A DNA stretch of 64,000 nt from Octopus sinensis (Eukaryota). The stretch spans positions 8,246,001-8,310,000 of the forward strand of contig NC_043014.1 in assembly GCF_006345805.1 (NCBI RefSeq). The letters are read 5' to 3'. Shown in pieces: positions 49,401 through 62,902 of this stretch (the first letter of the stretch is position 1; each line of letters opens with the position of its first letter). The notes below the pieces were generated by a model, which made no database searches, was not told the DNA's origin, and saw only the letters and a list, made by a program, of their open reading frames with translations. The position numbers and the translations under genes were made by a program.

Positions 49401-52400
49401 TACAATCTCCTTGCAAGATAGTGAACTAAATGATGATCTTCTGTACAATTCCCCGTTGATGCTGGAAAGCTTTACTGATTCTCAGTTGCTCTCAAGACAC
49501 ATGAGAAAGAATTATATCAGGAAATATAAAGGTACCAAGCAGTTGAGTCGTAATGATTTCAAGCAAGAAAAAGGTAGCTTGGAATTTTTTAGCAATGTTT
49601 TAGTTGCTAATCACCAAACCTCTGATTGTTCTTCCAGTTCCAGTCAGTCAGTCAACTCAGCCAGACTTAATTGTTCTACACAATCAAATTCAGCAGAAAA
49701 TGAGGCAGTTTTAAACGCTTACAAACCAGAAGCCACTGTTTATAAAAATAGCAAGCTTCTCCATGGGACTCATACCTTAAATAATCTTGACAAGGCAAAA
49801 TTTGATGGTACTTTGAACAGTTCATACTCTGAGGAACAGGAAAATATGATTCTTGGGAGTGCCCTGCAAGTTGTGCACAATAATCTCCAAGAATGTTCTG
49901 GTGAGCTAAAAATTGATCAGATTGAAGAAGGTGTCAGCTGTCAGGAAAATTCCATGATTGCATCTAATTCTAATGTAACAAAACCAACAGCTGTCGTTGA
50001 ACTGACTAACCAACTAAGAGGCGCAAATCGTTTCCGAAGTTTGCAATCCAATGATTCTAGTATATCACCTGAAATTCCTGAACCTAATGTCACTTTGACC
50101 TTAGGAAGTGACTTTAGAGACATGATTACAACTGATATTTCTCAGATTGCTGACTCTTCCGTGAACAGCAATACAGATGAACCTCCAAATTTCGAAGATA
50201 GCCATTTCCATACTTATTCGCCAGAAACCCCACCGTTTTCTTCCAGCTTTTATTCCACAACTGCAAAATCCAAGCCCGACCGAAAAGGTTGCACTGACAT
50301 GACAATCAGTGATGCACCAGCAATTTACAGCAATAGCTCTAATGTGAGCCAGCTAAAAGATCAATATCATATGGATGATAATACTATAAGTAATTGTTCG
50401 ATTGGTTTTGAAAAAGTTTCGAGTCCTCAAGAGCAGTGCAGTGTCAATGTAACATTATCTGTTGCTGAGAAATCACTGACCTGTTCAAAATGCTCCAAAA
50501 CGTTTGAAAATTCTGGTACTTTTTATGAACATTCAAAGAGCTGTGCAATGATATTGTCAGAATCCTGTATTGCTAACACCGTAGACAAGCAAGTGACTAA
50601 TGATTTAGTAATTACCGGTCAGCTGGATTCAAACTCTACCGAGAGCAAAACAACCAGAGAGGCAATTAGTCCTCTACAGAATAAGTCAGATAATTCCAAA
50701 CTGTTTGAGAATTGGCAACTTTTATCTAGTTTATCTGACCAACATGATGACAAAAGTAAATGTTCTGATAATCTTAGCTCTATGGACAGTTTAGGCAACA
50801 CTTCTGCGTGTGATATGCTTTCTTACACTTCCAAAGCAGAAAATATTGACATTTCTGGTCAAACTGATGAGCAGTGTAGCACTCTGTCAAATAACTTATC
50901 TGAACAGGAAATTACAACCAACAATAAAGATTCAGTGAGGAAATTTTCTTGTTCTTATTGTGCTGCATCATTTTCTTCATTGATGCTACTAGAAGAGCAT
51001 GTCCTTCTCCACACAAATAAAAAGCATTATGTTTGTTGGTTTTGTAAGGAGAACTATTATTCATCGTCTAAATTTGAGCAACATCTGAAAATATGTGGTA
51101 CTTCTACCACCTTTGCGAATCTGTCGGCTGAAAATATTTCCAACAACAGTACTAAAGGTAAAAGCTCTCAGTTTGCTGACATCGTTTTGTGTTCTCCACT
51201 GACTGTTGCAAACAACCAGTCTGACTGTGAAGACATTGATGAAAATGGTTGCCAGGATAAAGTGACTGAACAGTCAGTAGTTTGTGATAGTTTAGAAAGG
51301 ACACAAAACACTTCTAATGTTCAGCCTTTGAAAGGAGAGTTGCTGTCAAAAGCAAGGACTGTAGGCAGATCTAGCAACAATAGCAGCTCTTGTGCTCTGT
51401 ATCGCAACAAAGTAAACCTGGATGAGCATTTAGCTTTGAATAATATAACTACTAATAGATCGTCACTTGGTGAGAAGACAGGAGAGAAAATTCTGAACCG
51501 GTCAGTTTCTCAGGAAAATATCAAATTGAAATCAGGGACTGAAACAAACAGTGATAGTAAGGATAATAACAATGATAGTAGTTCCCAGCAGTTAGACCAA
51601 ATAGTGATTGATTTGAAAGAAGTTAATGGTGATTTATCTACATCTGATAAAAATACCAATAAAGAGGGTACAGTTAGTTTCAATAAAGATGGTATGAATC
51701 TTACAAACAGTTGTAAGATGTTTGTTTGTTGCAACCAAACATTCATGGAAGATGATTTTAATGAGCATATGAAGAGTTTCCATATAAAAGACAATCACTC
51801 GACTGATGTTGACAGTTCTGTAATACGTTCAGAGGTACAACACTCTGAAAATATGCAAACGATCTCAAATGTTGTACTATCAGACTATCAAAGAACAGCA
51901 AGTAAAAATGAGAGAAAAACACTGCTTCATAATTCAGATAACATCATCTCCAAACCTAATTGGGCCTCTTCAAATGAGGAGAACCAGTCTGAAACTCGGC
52001 GCTATGTCTGTCAATATTGTAATCGTGGATTTTCACGGTCTGGTCATTTAATGCAACATCTTCGCACCCATACAGGAGAGAGGCCATACTCATGTCAGTA
52101 CTGTACAAAAGCATTCACCCAGACTTCTGCTCTCAACAGACACCTGAAAACCTGTTGCCGAATTAAGTTACTAATGCTTCACAATATACAGACCCGAACA
52201 AAAGAAGATGAAGGGGACCTAATCCAAATAGATTCAGACTTGGATAAAAATAAAAGTTCTTTATTGTCTGAGCAAAATGTAGCTGGAGAGGATTATCAAT
52301 TAAATAGAGATTATAGCCAGATGTCTGAGGTGAGATTTAATAGTATTGATAAAATCCCTTGTGAAGAAGGCAATGAAGGTATCATAAAATGTGAATACTG

Positions 52401-55400
52401 TAGCTGTGAGTACCTGAAACTTGACGACTTTATCAAACACCAGAAGGTCTGTTCTTTTAAGATAAATTGCACTCAAGTGGACTCTGGAAGTAAAAATTAT
52501 ACACAAGAGATTAATTTGTCTTCTAGGAATAATTCCAGTCAGAACAATAGAAACCTTGAAAGTTGTGCTTCAAGCACAGTATACCGCCCAGACATTCAAA
52601 TTAAAACAGAAATTGTTGATGTTACATATAATTGTCCCTTTTGTGATGAGATATTTTCTGATAAGAGTGATGTAATTTCACATTTAATAACTCATTCATT
52701 AGACATTAATCAGCAAAATATTGCCAACCAACAAATATTTTCTGATGATCAAGAGAATCTAGTCAATCCTTGTGAAGATATGTCTGCTACATTGATGAAA
52801 GAGAGTAACCACACAGACTCCTCTGATATGACCTCTCCTACATTAGTGAAAAACGAAGATACCTGTACATTTACATGTTGTGGTCAAATGTTTGTAGGCA
52901 ATGATAGTTTTAACTTACATCTAGCTAGCCACCAATCTTTTAAAGATTGGAATACTTCTGAACCGAACAGTTTTGATGAGAACAATTCTGAAATTAGACA
53001 TCAGTCAACATTTCTAGATAATTCTTCCACAATCAAGAGAGAAGATAAAGATGATGAAGATGAGAATTTTATCATTGAAGTCTCATCTAAAGATCCAGTC
53101 TCTAACAAAGAATCTCTCTTAGAATCTAGTTTATATAATAAGAAATCTAAAGGTCTGAATAAAACAAATTCTGATGGTGTTTGCCATCTTCAAGCTATGG
53201 AATCCAATTCACCAGATTTATTATTTAATCTAAAAAATTCTTCTCTTGCTTCTCAAGCTCTGGTTTCTATGGACAAAAGTAGAAAGCTTGAAATTGAGAA
53301 GCAAATGTCTGCTATGAATAATTATGTTGTCTGGGAGGATTCCAGCAACAACTGGAACCAGTGGAACATGGACTCATCTACAAATATTTCATCCACACCT
53401 TTATTCAAAAGATTTGCATGTAAGTATTGTGAAAAGACTTTCACCCGTAGTGGTCATCTGATTATGCACCATCGTACTCACACAGGAGAACGACCATTCC
53501 GATGTAGCCATTGTCAGAAGGCCTTTACCCAGTCAAGTGCTCTCAACAGGCACAGAAAGACATGCAGTTTTGCTCGAGTAGCTCTGTCAGTGTCAGGGAA
53601 TGAATGGCCTGAAACGACAGCAGCACTTGACTTGGATAAAACATCAAACCAATTCATATGTTGTGGTTTTGTCTTTGATAAAAGAGATGAGTTCTATTCG
53701 CATTACGTTGGTCATGGCATTTACATATGTGACTGCTGTGAGATGACATTTAGTGATTTTGAACAGCTTCTTTCTCACTTGAAATTCAAACAGAGCGAAT
53801 TAGAATCCCCTACCATGACTCCAGCTGTATCCCCCAGACAGTGTCCCCAGTGTCAGACTGTCTTTGCTGATTTAATTTCTTTACTAATACACATAAACTC
53901 TAATCATAAATCTACTGCCTTAGCAAAATCTCAGACAAGCTCAGTATCTAATCAGGATTTTGTACCCAATTACAATGATGGGTCCGTAACTTCAAAAAAA
54001 TCCAAAGTATTCCAAGTACCACTCAGCTCCAGTCGAACTGTATATTCCGCTCCTGAAATACAATTGAAGATGTCAGACTCAGGTTCTACCAGTAAAACTG
54101 GTAATGTCAAAAAATTTCCTTTAATGAAGAGAGGAACTCTTCCAAACAAGTTGCATCCCTACAGCAAATCTCGTCAGAATAAGCAGGATCACAGCCGCTC
54201 GTTACAGTTTCAGCGAAGAAAATTTTCCAACTTTAATCTGGATGGAAAGACTTCTAACCCTGATAATTCCCAATTAGGGTTGGTTGCGAAAAATTCTCTC
54301 AACCAGAATGTGCGTAGAGTAATTAAAAAAGCTTTGAATAACATCAACAAGTACAGGTTTTCGACTGAACGTATATTGTCTCCTTTCACTCGAAAATTCT
54401 ATGCTCAAGCTGAAAGTCGTAGACATCATGCTGCAGCGTCTCCTTTCTCTGGCATCACCTTACCAGAAGAGCAACATAATCAGCCTTTCATCATAGAAAA
54501 TCCATCGTTAAGAGAACATTCTAGTCAACCTGAAATATCCATTTTGAACTTTGAAAATCCATCAGAGAGTGATCAATGCTCTAAGCAGTATTCAATTGAT
54601 AAATTGAAACAATTCTCAAATGAAATTACGATAAATTCAATTAACGATCCGGATTCAGGAGCTAATTCAAGGAGAGAACACAAATTTTCTAATTTAGTTG
54701 TTGAACAATCTCCAAAAATCTCAATTCCAAATAATAACCTGGTTCCAGTTCAAAGTAAAGCACAAAGATTTGAAAAACAAATAATGCTGAAAAAGTCATT
54801 ATCAAAACAAAATCCAGGAGAAAAATTTAATGCTAAGTCCAAGTATAGTTCTTTACAGACATCTTTAAAATCTAAGCAAGGCAATACAACCACTACTAGA
54901 AACAGTGAGTGTGCTACTGGCAAATCTAAAAACAAAGTTACCCAGTTAGATAAATCATATAACCCTGCAGTTGTTAATCCCACTACAGATAGTTCGTTAA
55001 AGCAAAACTTATCTCGGTTTGTCTGCACTCATTGTAGAAAAGGTTTCACTCGCTCTAGTCACTTAAAAATGCATCTCCGGATTCACACTGGAGAACGTCC
55101 ATTCAAATGTTCTGGTTGTGGTAAGCAATTCACACAAGCCAGCGCTCTCAACAGGCACCGCAAGACTTGCTTTCTAGTGATTCATAATACAAGTATACTT
55201 CCTGAAGATAGGATAGTGAAAGATCCAGAAAAAACTACTCGAAACCAGAACAGACTCAAGGCCAATGCAACAACTTCTCTTTTCCAGTGTGTGACAAGTA
55301 ACAATCAAGATTATGTAGGAAATGGCATTTCAGAAACACACAAGAAGCCATCGAAGGCAGAAACAGTCTTTGCTAATGTGTCTAAACAGAAGTTGCACAG

Positions 55401-56691
55401 AGCTGAAAATCCTGATTTAGAACCAGAATATCTTAGTAATGTCTCTAAAAAAACTGTTAACTTACTTGATGAAGAAACTAGTAGAACAGTGTCTGCTTTC
55501 ACAAAGGAGAAGGAAGGCAGGCATAAGAAAACATCTTTAACAACAACTAGCAATAAAATCAACCGCAAAAGGTTGCATACAGGGATTGGTAGCAGACTGA
55601 TGAAAAAACTGAAGCTGTCAAAACGAGGAAAGCTTCACTCAAGTTATGATTTTAATAGTGACTTGAATTGCCTTTCAAGAAGACAAGCGATTAATTCTTT
55701 GTTAGATGATCACCATAGTTTAAAGGAAAGAAGCAAAAGTCTTTTAACGGATACGGCACCTTCTGTTAACAACCCAACAAGCTTTCCTCAAAGGAGTTGC
55801 AAGAAAAAACAGTTGACCAAAACCCCTAGTGCGAAACCATGTACAGATTCAGAACGAAACAATAGAGCTTGCAGTCTTGAAGTTACAGAAGTGTCACCTC
55901 CTAAGAGGGTCAAAGAGGAGACCCAGTCTAATGCTAATGAGCTGTCTGAAGGATTTCCCCGCTGTGAAGAATGTAAAAACAATTCAAAAGAATTGTGCTC
56001 ACACTTGACAGAAAATCTATTTCTTTCCCCAGTGGATTCCGAAACAGATGATTGTTACATTAAAACTGAACCTCTTCCTTCTTCTATACCTAAATCTTTA
56101 GATTCAGAAACAAATCCTCTTAATCTTACTATTTTACAATCAAAAGCTTCAGCCAATGATGAAAGTGTTGACCTTACAAATGAAAGCATGAAAAATTCTC
56201 TAAAAGGAGAAATTGTTCAAGATGGTGGATACTTACAAGAGGAAATGGCTCTCACAAATTGCCCAGAGAGTACAGAGGGAACACATGATCAGCTAGAGAG
56301 TAATATTGCACAAGAAGACAGTAAGAGCCTTAAGTCTGTTCCATCTGCAGCTGCACATTGTGTCTCTAAAAAGTCTAAGGTTGTTAAAAGAGGCAGCAAA
56401 GTTGTCCAAGACGACACTTTCTCGCCTCAGTCAGACTCTTCGCATTCGGCTGAAAGCCGTCGTTACTTTTGTGAATACTGTGATAAAGCCTTCTCGCGGT
56501 TTGGACATCTGGTTACCCATCGCCGCACGCACACCGGCGAACGACCTTACCAATGCCGTTACTGCCAGCGAGCATTCACGCAAACTAGTGCCCTTTACAG
56601 ACACAGAAAAACATGCAGTTTCACTCCTGCACATCTTAAAACTATAGCAGCAACTGAAAGCAGTAAAGCTGCTAAAAGTAATGAGTTGTGA
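46402..56691 (+). CDS. Giant single-exon multi-zinc-finger protein (3429 aa) with eight dispersed C2H2+C2HC pairs
   Basis: 10,290-nt ORF free of stops and TEs; ATG in cacatcATGG context. TGERP/TGEKP-linked 153-nt finger pairs at 46549, 47770, 49036, 52003, 53413, 55018 and 56464, plus a diverged pair at 50944. Orphan C2H2/C2HC fingers and S/N-rich linkers lie between them. No orthologue recognised. Confidence 0.95.
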   Translation: MDSTDQNASVEWPPILNFVNNTAGTKELPFLANGNSSMSAITDITASKKYTCNYCSKSFSRNGHLVMHRRIHTGERPYVCQQCHKAFTQSSALYRHMKICTKVPNKDSLELSANVKMLETSIAAAEKQYAMLSASESAFTSLGTLSNDNTETNDDIMFVCCNKTFRDSSDYNEHIAGHNDPSQSELLSLLPNNHSQVDGMMKDVTTINKIGKKQNQFHNKTNTSINGKKQSSTKENLNMLSSSESQYQIIVRDNPPEVTKDGLDQNKITINLTDNHMESPKNNLCFSQANNQHDPIFDPITIELTDQSQDSTYVWDKNNMSPGNSSNKQLKIDHSQLSDIDSLAENLRLLREKTDAITKKTLPKDCSSDTSIGIFTSQDSLSSDQLLACNGDKSWKDSSNSFSTQILPNNDLTSSKHFNQLSHQSDNEKIAENANKVQKNINSKLKSSVKSKIHQHLTCQFCSRQFTRTSRLTQHLRTHTGERPFKCDFCGNSFTQSSALNRHLKTCSVAQSINSNIQWDTTAQYHLTSDLTLGSDISFTCQFCGDNFQQVSKYDSHSKVCPAAHKSQLKPNEDVVHDDFDIVNDHTDSTKNSFVKTPSPLLKNASTSMIKSKTQSFKASIPESRQVKRRKKSFNTKNDRTYQCSICLVEFVSYPHLKVHIKKHLRVNTLSKTSQLQSRNSSTSNLMRSFSARNKHITRSKTSTKKSPSKSLNHREFLNKVNSLIMKKNSSHSTSNSEFQTEHPLTNSNTCKSNISLLPDKTSKISESLDTKGKPTVAMVNKGNVFNTRSGVETKSNSSTTFVCDICSKPFHSSIVYQIHKASHSSESKKTSHSQIDSNANKSIHNEDVNILEQRDLVSSNSRVAVETVNEFDIQRKSFPCSYCPKEFFKQSHLETHIRVHTGEKPFQCESCGRAFSQSSARNRHTKTCLRVRYPELNVSIKTTGNAVSGMERSEVINLDSKIREDSLDPDNFTFTCCGQVFSSSKELRNHVECHRKGKDTISLQDSELNDDLLYNSPLMLESFTDSQLLSRHMRKNYIRKYKGTKQLSRNDFKQEKGSLEFFSNVLVANHQTSDCSSSSSQSVNSARLNCSTQSNSAENEAVLNAYKPEATVYKNSKLLHGTHTLNNLDKAKFDGTLNSSYSEEQENMILGSALQVVHNNLQECSGELKIDQIEEGVSCQENSMIASNSNVTKPTAVVELTNQLRGANRFRSLQSNDSSISPEIPEPNVTLTLGSDFRDMITTDISQIADSSVNSNTDEPPNFEDSHFHTYSPETPPFSSSFYSTTAKSKPDRKGCTDMTISDAPAIYSNSSNVSQLKDQYHMDDNTISNCSIGFEKVSSPQEQCSVNVTLSVAEKSLTCSKCSKTFENSGTFYEHSKSCAMILSESCIANTVDKQVTNDLVITGQLDSNSTESKTTREAISPLQNKSDNSKLFENWQLLSSLSDQHDDKSKCSDNLSSMDSLGNTSACDMLSYTSKAENIDISGQTDEQCSTLSNNLSEQEITTNNKDSVRKFSCSYCAASFSSLMLLEEHVLLHTNKKHYVCWFCKENYYSSSKFEQHLKICGTSTTFANLSAENISNNSTKGKSSQFADIVLCSPLTVANNQSDCEDIDENGCQDKVTEQSVVCDSLERTQNTSNVQPLKGELLSKARTVGRSSNNSSSCALYRNKVNLDEHLALNNITTNRSSLGEKTGEKILNRSVSQENIKLKSGTETNSDSKDNNNDSSSQQLDQIVIDLKEVNGDLSTSDKNTNKEGTVSFNKDGMNLTNSCKMFVCCNQTFMEDDFNEHMKSFHIKDNHSTDVDSSVIRSEVQHSENMQTISNVVLSDYQRTASKNERKTLLHNSDNIISKPNWASSNEENQSETRRYVCQYCNRGFSRSGHLMQHLRTHTGERPYSCQYCTKAFTQTSALNRHLKTCCRIKLLMLHNIQTRTKEDEGDLIQIDSDLDKNKSSLLSEQNVAGEDYQLNRDYSQMSEVRFNSIDKIPCEEGNEGIIKCEYCSCEYLKLDDFIKHQKVCSFKINCTQVDSGSKNYTQEINLSSRNNSSQNNRNLESCASSTVYRPDIQIKTEIVDVTYNCPFCDEIFSDKSDVISHLITHSLDINQQNIANQQIFSDDQENLVNPCEDMSATLMKESNHTDSSDMTSPTLVKNEDTCTFTCCGQMFVGNDSFNLHLASHQSFKDWNTSEPNSFDENNSEIRHQSTFLDNSSTIKREDKDDEDENFIIEVSSKDPVSNKESLLESSLYNKKSKGLNKTNSDGVCHLQAMESNSPDLLFNLKNSSLASQALVSMDKSRKLEIEKQMSAMNNYVVWEDSSNNWNQWNMDSSTNISSTPLFKRFACKYCEKTFTRSGHLIMHHRTHTGERPFRCSHCQKAFTQSSALNRHRKTCSFARVALSVSGNEWPETTAALDLDKTSNQFICCGFVFDKRDEFYSHYVGHGIYICDCCEMTFSDFEQLLSHLKFKQSELESPTMTPAVSPRQCPQCQTVFADLISLLIHINSNHKSTALAKSQTSSVSNQDFVPNYNDGSVTSKKSKVFQVPLSSSRTVYSAPEIQLKMSDSGSTSKTGNVKKFPLMKRGTLPNKLHPYSKSRQNKQDHSRSLQFQRRKFSNFNLDGKTSNPDNSQLGLVAKNSLNQNVRRVIKKALNNINKYRFSTERILSPFTRKFYAQAESRRHHAAASPFSGITLPEEQHNQPFIIENPSLREHSSQPEISILNFENPSESDQCSKQYSIDKLKQFSNEITINSINDPDSGANSRREHKFSNLVVEQSPKISIPNNNLVPVQSKAQRFEKQIMLKKSLSKQNPGEKFNAKSKYSSLQTSLKSKQGNTTTTRNSECATGKSKNKVTQLDKSYNPAVVNPTTDSSLKQNLSRFVCTHCRKGFTRSSHLKMHLRIHTGERPFKCSGCGKQFTQASALNRHRKTCFLVIHNTSILPEDRIVKDPEKTTRNQNRLKANATTSLFQCVTSNNQDYVGNGISETHKKPSKAETVFANVSKQKLHRAENPDLEPEYLSNVSKKTVNLLDEETSRTVSAFTKEKEGRHKKTSLTTTSNKINRKRLHTGIGSRLMKKLKLSKRGKLHSSYDFNSDLNCLSRRQAINSLLDDHHSLKERSKSLLTDTAPSVNNPTSFPQRSCKKKQLTKTPSAKPCTDSERNNRACSLEVTEVSPPKRVKEETQSNANELSEGFPRCEECKNNSKELCSHLTENLFLSPVDSETDDCYIKTEPLPSSIPKSLDSETNPLNLTILQSKASANDESVDLTNESMKNSLKGEIVQDGGYLQEEMALTNCPESTEGTHDQLESNIAQEDSKSLKSVPSAAAHCVSKKSKVVKRGSKVVQDDTFSPQSDSSHSAESRRYFCEYCDKAFSRFGHLVTHRRTHTGERPYQCRYCQRAFTQTSALYRHRKTCSFTPAHLKTIAATESSKAAKSNEL

Positions 56692-56705
56692 TTTTTATGT
56701 TGAGA

Positions 56706-56819
56706 TACATACATACATGTATATATATTATATATATATATATACATATATATTCATATATATACATATATATGTATATACATATATATATATACACATA
56801 TATATATACATATATATAC

Positions 56820-56866
<47 letters not shown>

Positions 56867-56902
56867 CACATATATGTATATATATATATACATATATATA
56901 CT

Positions 56903-56970
<68 letters not shown>

Positions 56971-56975
56971 TATAT
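56706..56975. repeat. (TA)n/(TACA)n microsatellite just 3' of the zinc-finger stop
   Basis: Direct reading; AATAAA follows at 57057-62. Confidence 0.95.
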
Positions 56976-57521
56976 ATATATTTATTTATTTATCTTTATT
57001 TCATACATATGATATAGATTTTAAAATGAAATTTTGCGGGTGAAAGTCTCGCGTTAAATAAACGAAAAAAAAGAAAAGAATAACATTTCTAACATGCAAG
57101 TCAAGTAGTGTGATCACCTGGACGGATGATATCATTTAAACAATGTGGTTCTAAATACAATAAGAAAGTTTTGTATATTGGTGTTCTCTTTGAATTGTTG
57201 GAAGGTTAACCGGTTTGCGTCTTTTAATACTAAGTGTTAGTGCCATGGTTCAATTGGAAGTAAGTTACCAAATAACTGAGGAGAGATTTTCTGGGTTGTT
57301 TTGTGTATTGCTTTACAACAAAGTCAATACAAGTGAACAGGAATGAAAGAATATATTTATATTGCCTTTCTGATGTGATATGTATGCATGATTGCATATA
57401 TGTTTGTGCGTATGTGCAGCTATTCAGCTACCACCAGAATTAAGTCCCTCTCTTCAGACATTTCCCAAAATGTAAATGTACAAAGATGTTATGGTTGTTA
57501 GTTTGTGTGCACAAAAATAAA

Positions 57522-57576
57522 ATGCATGTATGTATGTGTGTGTGTATATATATGTGTGTGTGTGTGTATGTATGAA

Positions 57577-57641
<65 letters not shown>

Positions 57642-57644
57642 GTG

Positions 57645-57687
<43 letters not shown>

Positions 57688-57800
57688 GTGTGTGTATGTG
57701 TGTATATATATGTGTGTGTGTGTGTGTATATATATATATACATACAGACATATATGTGTATGTATATATATATTATATATGAATGTGTATGTGTATAAAA
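57522..57800. repeat. (TG)n/(TA)n microsatellite
   Basis: Direct reading; a similar array lies at about 62840-63055. Confidence 0.95.
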
Positions 57801-59199
57801 ACATATGTATGTATATATTATATTACATCTGTGAACAATCCGAAGGGTAGACTTAATCCCCTGCCTGGTTTAACAGCACTCTGTAGGGGTGGGAGGAACT
57901 TTTAACAAAATTCATGTTGTAAGCGATCAAGCAAGGTATCTGGTTTGAGGATAAGTTCTTCTCTCCAGTCCCAAAGTCCTTGAAAAGCGTCAGTGGTGCT
58001 ATCTTTCTTTCTCTGACTAAGCCATTAAAAAAAAAAAAAAACGGCGTTGCTGGTTACAGGTTTCCAATAGGACAATCCTTGGTTCAATGCATTGATAATG
58101 GTATGAATAACAAGGGAATGTCTGTGCATCTCATACAGCTGCAGAAGACATAGATCAGTGTGAAGCACTGGTTTATCATTCCTTTCTCACCGATCTGTTT
58201 CTCTAACATTCACACGCATGTGCATATGTGCACACAACATACACGTGTATAAATGTGATCTGCAGAAACACTGCCAGATCAGAGTGGAGCCTGGGGCAGC
58301 CTCCTGGCTTTCCAGATCTCCGGTCGAACCGTCCAACCCATGCTAGCATGGAGAACAGACGTTAAACGATGATGATGATGATGATAAAATACAAATTAGA
58401 GATAAAACCACTATTATTATATATATTTTATATATTATATTAATTATATATATTATTGGTTTATGTCTATCACTGTTTGAGTTGCCTAATATGGTTTTAT
58501 CTCTAATTCATATTTTATGTATTTATACTGCGAAATTTAATTTAATACTAAATTTAATTTTTCCCTGTAAGTTTGGAGTTATACTCCCTAATATTATTAT
58601 ATATATATATATATATATATATAATCACCATTATGATACATATTACATGCACAGGAATATACGTTCATATGTGTGTATGTATATGTTAGAAGCTTCCAGT
58701 TTTCAGCTTCTTGTATCAATAACAAAGCTTTAGCTAGTCGACCCATGGATGTGACAGAAGAAAGGCACTTAACTGTGGTGCCATGCAGCAGAATTACATT
58801 AGGAGCTAGCATACGGTTATGAAGTGAACTTCTTTACCACATAGCTATGCCTACACACACACACGCAAAAGCAAAAATATATTTTTCTATTGATTTTCGA
58901 CATATTTGCTTCTTTTTAGAACTCCTTTGCTCTGCTCTCCATTTATGCTGCCACCACATCATCCGTTGGAAGTTCAAATTTAATGTTTAACATATTTGTC
59001 TGTTCCACTCGTCATAATCTCACCAGTGATAAAAATTAAATCCTGGGTGGAGACAGATAAAGCTCATAGTCAGGGACATAGTTACTGTGAAGCTGGAATA
59101 CCTTCTCGACAAGGAAAACTTATATAAACAGATCAAAGAGTGATCAACAGCAATTACAGAAAGAGTTTAGAGAAGAGTCGCTATTGTTTAACCAGAGTA

Positions 59200-59750
59200 T
59201 CATCATCATCATCGTTTAACATCCGCTTTCCATGCTAGCATGGGTTGGACGAATGACTGAGGGCTGGTGAACCAGATGGCTGCACCAGGCTTCAATCTTG
59301 ATCTGGCAGAGTTTCTACAGCTGGATGCCCTTCCTAACGCCAACCACTCCAAGAGTGTAGTGGGTGCTTTTACATGCCCCCGGCACGGGGGCCAGTGAGG
59401 CGGTACTGGCAACGACCTCACTCGAATCTTTTACACATGCCACCGGCACAGGTGCCAGTAAGGCAATGCTGGTAACGATAACGCTCAAATGGTGTCTTTT
59501 ACGTGCCACCGGCACGGAGGCCAGATAGCCGCCCTGGCAACGATCACATTGGATAGTGCTCTTAATACCCAACTAGCACAGGGCTCGTGTGCCAGTAAGG
59601 CGACGCTGGTAACGATCACGCTCGAATGGTGCCTTTTAAGTGCCACTGGCATGGAAGCCGGTTAGCCGCTCTGTCAATGATCACACTCATATGGTGCTCC
59701 TTGCACCCCACTAGCACAGATGCCAGTCATCGAATTTGATTTTGATTTTT
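59200..59750 (-). mobile_element. Family C element, long form
   Basis: Reverse complement of the 3456-3862 and 8420-8750 structure; shorter copies at about 30530, 35075, 37190, 40654 and 58260. Confidence 0.85.
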
Positions 59751-59978
59751 GAGTATAGTGACAGAAAAGGCTAGATTAGATAGTGGTGCTAGAAGACATT
59801 CAAAACTGCAGTTAGGAAAGGCATAGCATTTGGTGTACCAATTCAACCATTTCTTTTATGCAACTATTGCTGGACTTAGGACCAGTTAAGCAGCTTTGAG
59901 TGTGGTTTGGTCAACTTTTGTCAACTTGATAAACTTAGACTGATAGGTGGTTTGGTACGCAGAGTTTTGTGATATATG

Positions 59979-60327
59979 TTAACCCTTTGTGAATGAGAAC
60001 TAAGTTATTTTACTAAATTCTTTGTTATATTTAGAATAAGTGAAAGAAACAGAGCATCTCAACAGAAATTTGGTAACAAAAGGGTTAAAATATATATAAT
60101 AGAGAAACAATTCTTAACCCATTTGATACCAACTCTGGCTCTGTAGTGCAAATGTTTTGTTTTCATAAGTTTTGAATTAAAATCTTCCACCAAACCTTAG
60201 TCACAATTTATGTTCCTAACACTAGTTTAATGTTAATAAGTTATTTTATTAAATTCTTTGTTATATTTAAAATTAATTGAAAGAAACATAGAGCACCTCA
60301 AAATAAATACGGTAACGAAAGGCTTAA
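59979..60327. mobile_element. Two adjacent piggyBac-type MITEs
   Basis: ttaacccttt...aaagggttaa (59979-60088) and ttaacccattt...gaaaggcttaa (60114-60327); internal sequence shared with 7117-7327. Confidence 0.7.
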
Positions 60328-60768
60328 GGATGTGTTGAGTGTTTTGCATGTAAGTATGAAATGAAATTGAAACTTTACTGCTATTGATGATGGATAAAAT
60401 GATACATATTTTGTTGTTGAAACAGTCACATATCTTCTGTATCAGATTCATGAGTCATGTGGTGCTTATATACAGTGGCCTGAATCCACGTGATTTGTGG
60501 GGAGCAATATATGGGTTAGTAATGTCAAAGATGGTGAGGTGGGGGTTAATGTTTGAGGAGTGCATATGAGGGTGATGAGTCTATGTGATGCTGCTTCAAT
60601 TCGGATTCAATCGAGCTTTGTGTTTTTAGGATTTTTCCTAATTTCTTGTGCAGTCTCTTAGCATGCCGGCTGAGCTCTCCCGACTCTCTGTTCTCATTTG
60701 AGTCACACATAATAAAGTAAATATATGTAGCTCTACAATTAATACACATAGCTTTATAAATATTGTTT

Positions 60769-60993
60769 AACCCTTTGGTGTTTAAACCGGCCATATCCGG
60801 CCCAAATATTCTACATGTTTTATATTCAAACTGGCCATATCCAGCCTCTCACACCTAACCTATAGTGACATTCTAAAAATAAACAATCACATCATTGAAA
60901 CCTCAAAGCTATAACATAATGTATGATTAATTTAAAACAATTTGAGTGAAAAAGTATTACATTTAATAGAGAAATTGAACACCAAAGGGTTAA
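60769..60993. mobile_element. piggyBac-type MITE
   Basis: TTAA-ccctttggtgtt ... aacaccaaaggg-TTAA; a truncated relative lies at about 36118-36310. Confidence 0.8.
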
Positions 60994-61589
60994 ATGGGTT
61001 AGCTGGCAAACCCATCTTTGATTGCAAGCATGGCTGTGCGATTAAGAAGTTCATTTCCCAACTGCATGATTTCAGGTTCAGTCCCACTGTTTGGTACCTT
61101 GGGCAAGTGTCTTCTATTATAACCCTGGTCCAGCTATACCCTTGTGAAAGGATTTGATAGACAGTAACTGAAAAAGGAGGCGTTATATATATATATATAT
61201 ATATATAAATATATGTGTGTGTGTCTGTTTATATCTGCTTGCTTATTCAAAAGTTGATGCAATGTTCTGACAGCATTTCTTTTATCAGTAGATTGCCTGC
61301 TCGCTTTGTGCCTTCTGAGTCTGTGGAATAAGAGATTCCTTATTTAAAACAGGCAAAGGCAAGCATCAGGAAGGGCATCTGGCTATAAAACAATACCTCA
61401 ATAATATATTCATCCAAACCATGCCAGGATGGAAAACCCAATGTGATAGAATTCTGCATACACCTCACAATTTTCAGGTGGCAACTAATTGTTTACCATA
61501 GTTCTGTTTGGGTGCATTGTTAATGAAAGCTGTATATTATTCAGTGGTTACTCTCAACCTGAGGAAGTGGAATACTCACAGGGAAGTGG

Positions 61590-61900
61590 GGACATAGGTT
61601 TTGTTTGTTTGTTCCTTCTCGAGCCATGTCTGGCTCATAAGGGCTGGTTTCTTGGCGTATAGGTTCCCCACCTGGACGGGACGCCGGTCCGTCACAAGTG
61701 AGCTGCAAGATGCAGGAGGAAAGAGGGAGAGAAAGTTGTGGCGAAAGAGTCAGCAGAAGTTTTGCCATTACCTTCTGCTGGAGCCGTGTGGAGCTCAGGT
61801 GTTTCACTCATAAACACACACATCGCCTGGTCTGAGATTCAAACCTGCGATCCTTCGACCGCGAGTCCGCTGCTCTAACCACTAGGCCATGTGTCTCCAC
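61590..61900 (-). mobile_element. SINE family D, full length
   Basis: tRNA head on minus; tail ggctcgagaaggaacaaacaaac; related copy at about 63690-63985. Confidence 0.8.
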
Positions 61901-62855
61901 GAGGACATAGGTAATTTAGTGAAAATGCTAAATAATTTTACTTCAAAATTTGAGAAACAAAGAAAATAAAACAAATTTTTAATTTAAAATGTACAATGAA
62001 ATATAAAATTGAGACCAGTAATTAAAAGTCTGATGTTTGGTACAGAAAAAATTCTATTTGGTTTTAACCTGCTAAAATATATAAAAATTTGCAAACTGTT
62101 TTGTTTACAGTAGGAAGATAGGCAAAACCACTTCTGTAAAGTGTCTCACCTGGTTGTATGCTGTGTTCCTCACAAAATCATTTCAGTATTGATAGCCTAG
62201 TCTACTTCACTATAATCATCATCATAATAGGTAGTATTTTGTTATTATTAAATTCTCTGTGGCTTAGTTAAGTAAAAGATTGGTGTGAGAAAAATGAATG
62301 AAATCAGAGAACTTGATCAAATGCTTGCAACAGACTGGACGCATAGTGTCCGGTGGTGGTGGTGTTAGACTTGGTGACAGATTATGTCTACCTCTCAAGA
62401 GCAGGTACACTTCTCTAAAATCTACCATAAAGCTTTATATACAGGTCTTTTGCTTGAGGAGCTATACAGTAGAATTCAACGTATAATGATGCAATTGTGA
62501 AGTGAAACATATGACCGTGCTTGTCTCAATAATTTTTGGGGAAATATATACTAAGTTTGCAAGCATCATACTAACAACCATTTTATCTTGCAATACTGAA
62601 TTTTAATCATCCCGAGTATGTAACTAGAAGAGGGACAAACATATGGGTGCTTGTGATTATGTGAGGCTATAATTGATGGGTTTTGTTGCATTTAGTTTTA
62701 TTATCCTACCAGGTTTTGTATGCCCTGAGATCTTTGATGGTAACCAGAGTGCAAGAGTACAAATTGATAAAGTATGTCGAACGTTGAGATTCCAGAGAAT
62801 TTGTACAAATAGCCTGGCACAGATGATACTCTATATACATATATATACATATACA

Positions 62856-62902
<47 letters not shown>

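Noticed and set aside
46680-56647. Short antisense or alternate-frame ORFs within the zinc-finger CDS
   Set aside because: Expected by chance opposite a 10-kb ORF; no motifs.
59380-59720. CRISPR-like repeat/spacer array
   Set aside because: Eukaryotic context, no cas genes, and the 'spacers' are themselves homologous: a family C internal tandem repeat.
60390-60740. Minus-strand ORF 60546-60794 as a gene or transposase
   Set aside because: No recognisable motif or splice support; may be an old TE relic.
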